Assembly (NCBI GenBank): GCA_042219045.1
Contig: JBDGQO010000038.1
Span: 55,801-72,584, forward strand
Direction of reading: 5' to 3'
Source: Candidatus Bipolaricaulia bacterium
GTDB taxonomy: Bacteria > Bipolaricaulota > Bipolaricaulia > RBG-16-55-9
DNA: 16,784 bases
Part shown: positions 15,280-16,784 of the stretch, one piece after another
Layout: the number at the start of each line of letters is the position of its first letter
Numbering within the stretch: the first letter of the stretch is position 1
The notes under the pieces: generated by a model
What the model saw: the letters and a program-made list of their open reading frames with translations, nothing else
The model's database searches: none
Told to the model about the DNA's origin: nothing
Position numbers and translations under genes: made by a program

Positions 15280-16784
15280 GGCGATATCCTCCCCAAATTA
15301 ATTGCTCGCGCCCTCGCCCACAACGGGCCAACCAGCCGGCGAAGTCCGCCGATCAAGCCGCTGGGCAAGTACAGAATCGTCAAGATCAACAGCACGCCGA
15401 AGATCACTTCGCTGATGTAGGCGTTGATCGGCCGCGTCAGCTCGTCGACGGTCGTGACCGCCAGCGGCCCGAGCACCGGGCCGAGGATCGTCGCCAAGCC
15501 GCCGATCTTGTTCATCATCAGAATGTTGAACGAGGTAATGAAGTTGAACAGGTCCGGATGCAGATAGGTCAGGTAATGGGCGTAGAGGAAGCCGCCAAAT
15601 CCCGCGATCGCGGCGCTCAACGCGAAGATCATCACTTTGTAGGACCGGGTCGGGACCCCGATCGAGCGCGCCAGGCCCTCGTCCTCGCGAATCGAGGCCA
15701 GCGCCCGTCCGAACCAGGAGCGGACGACGGCCGACCTGAGCGCCAGCACGCCGATCAAGCCGAGCGCCACGAGGCCGTAGAACGATGCCTTGTGCAGGAA
15801 CGGGTTGAGCGAGACCTCGCCGATGCCCGGCACCGAGAGGTTGAGCAGCGGAATTCCCGTCAGGCCGTTGGGCCCGCCCGTGACGTCGAGGCTGAGCGCC
15901 ACGAGCGTAAACAGCACGGTCGTGATGAACGTAAACAGCGCCCAGTGGCGACCGGCCCGCACGCCGAGCGACCCCACCCCCGCCCCGACCGCGAGCGCCA
16001 GCGCCAGCGTGCCGAGCAGGCTCACCAACGGCGGCGTCCCCCAGTGCATCATCATGAGGGCCGACGTGTAAGCGCCCAGTCCCCAGAACGCGCCCTGCGC
16101 CAGCGACGGGAGCCCCGTGACGCCGTAGAGCAGATCGGCGCTGGTCACACAGATGGCCAGTATCCCGCTGATGATGAGCAGATGGAGCACGAACGGCGGC
16201 ACGGCAAGCAGAAGCGGCAGCGCCAGCACGATCCCGCCCCCGACGATCCATGCCCAGCGCGGGGCGGACCATGCGCTCGCTGTGGGGGTCGCCAGGGTCG
16301 AGGTGCCTGCCGTCAAGTGCTCCTCCGGCCCGAGCGTCTCGATCCGCAGCAGCATGACCAGGATCAGCACGCCGAGCGGCAACAGGTCGCTGAATTCAGC
16401 GGAGAGATAGGCGACCGTCAAGCTCTCCGCCACGCCCACCAACAAGGCCAGCCCGATGACGGCCCGGACCGAGCCGCGACCGATGCGCGAGATGGCAAAG
16501 GCCTTGATGATGGCCAAACGTCCGGCAAACGGCGTGAACGGCGCGACCGGCGCCGTGACCGCCCCGGCCAGCCCGGACAATCCGCCGGCCACCGCGAACG
16601 CCAGCATGGAGACGGCGCCGACGTTGACCCCCGACAGCGCCGCGGCCTCGCGGTTCTGCGCCATCGCGCGGATGGCCTTGCCCCAGCGCGTGGCCCGCAG
16701 GCCGCGCCAGAGTGCCAATCCCAACAGCGCCGCGATCCCGATGGCGAACAGCTTGTGGCCAAAGAGACTGATCGGGCCGAGCTC
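15276..16784 (-). CDS. Fused LivH-LivM branched-chain amino acid ABC permease; 5' end outside the window
   Basis: Frame is open to the window edge. It contains the C-terminal half of a LivH-like unit (TRWGKAIRAMAQNREAAALSGVN), a linker, then a complete LivM-like unit (GLPSLAQGAFWGLGAY, TGGPNGL, SWFGRALASIREDEGLARSIGV, GGLATILGPVLG). Confidence 0.88.
   Translation of the reverse strand, partial: ELGPISLFGHKLFAIGIAALLGLALWRGLRATRWGKAIRAMAQNREAAALSGVNVGAVSMLAFAVAGGLSGLAGAVTAPVAPFTPFAGRLAIIKAFAISRIGRGSVRAVIGLALLVGVAESLTVAYLSAEFSDLLPLGVLILVMLLRIETLGPEEHLTAGTSTLATPTASAWSAPRWAWIVGGGIVLALPLLLAVPPFVLHLLIISGILAICVTSADLLYGVTGLPSLAQGAFWGLGAYTSALMMMHWGTPPLVSLLGTLALALAVGAGVGSLGVRAGRHWALFTFITTVLFTLVALSLDVTGGPNGLTGIPLLNLSVPGIGEVSLNPFLHKASFYGLVALGLIGVLALRSAVVRSWFGRALASIREDEGLARSIGVPTRSYKVMIFALSAAIAGFGGFLYAHYLTYLHPDLFNFITSFNILMMNKIGGLATILGPVLGPLAVTTVDELTRPINAYISEVIFGVLLILTILYLPSGLIGGLRRLVGPLWARARAINLGRISP

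Noticed and set aside
1..16784. tRNA, rRNA, riboswitch, CRISPR, prophage or IS elements
   Set aside because: Intergenic gaps are 120 nt or shorter and are explained by promoters; no repeat arrays or mobile-element genes were recognised by eye. An Rfam/Infernal scan would be needed to exclude small RNAs.

Overview
GC-rich bacterial chromosomal window, almost entirely coding on the minus strand, with no visible RNA genes, CRISPR arrays or mobile elements. In transcription order (right to left): the 3' part of a branched-chain amino acid (HAAT) ABC transporter with a fused LivH-LivM permease, LivG and LivF; an orphan ORF; an Rrf2 regulator with a 3Cys+His motif; a GH57 alpha-amylase/4-alpha-glucanotransferase; one plus-strand membrane-anchored DUF3291/ABM-like gene; a coupled trio of calcineurin-like metallophosphoesterase, ParB/Srx-fold (DUF4032-like) protein and GNAT acetyltransferase; isocitrate dehydrogenase; a TlpA-like thioredoxin; a CitA-type citrate synthase; folP; and yceD-ruvC-polA. 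polA runs off the left edge and is missing from the ORF track. Most intergenic gaps hold a plausible sigma70 promoter. The best candidate for an uncharacterised system is the phosphoesterase / ParB-Srx-like / GNAT module. All family calls come from motif recognition by eye; no database searches were run.
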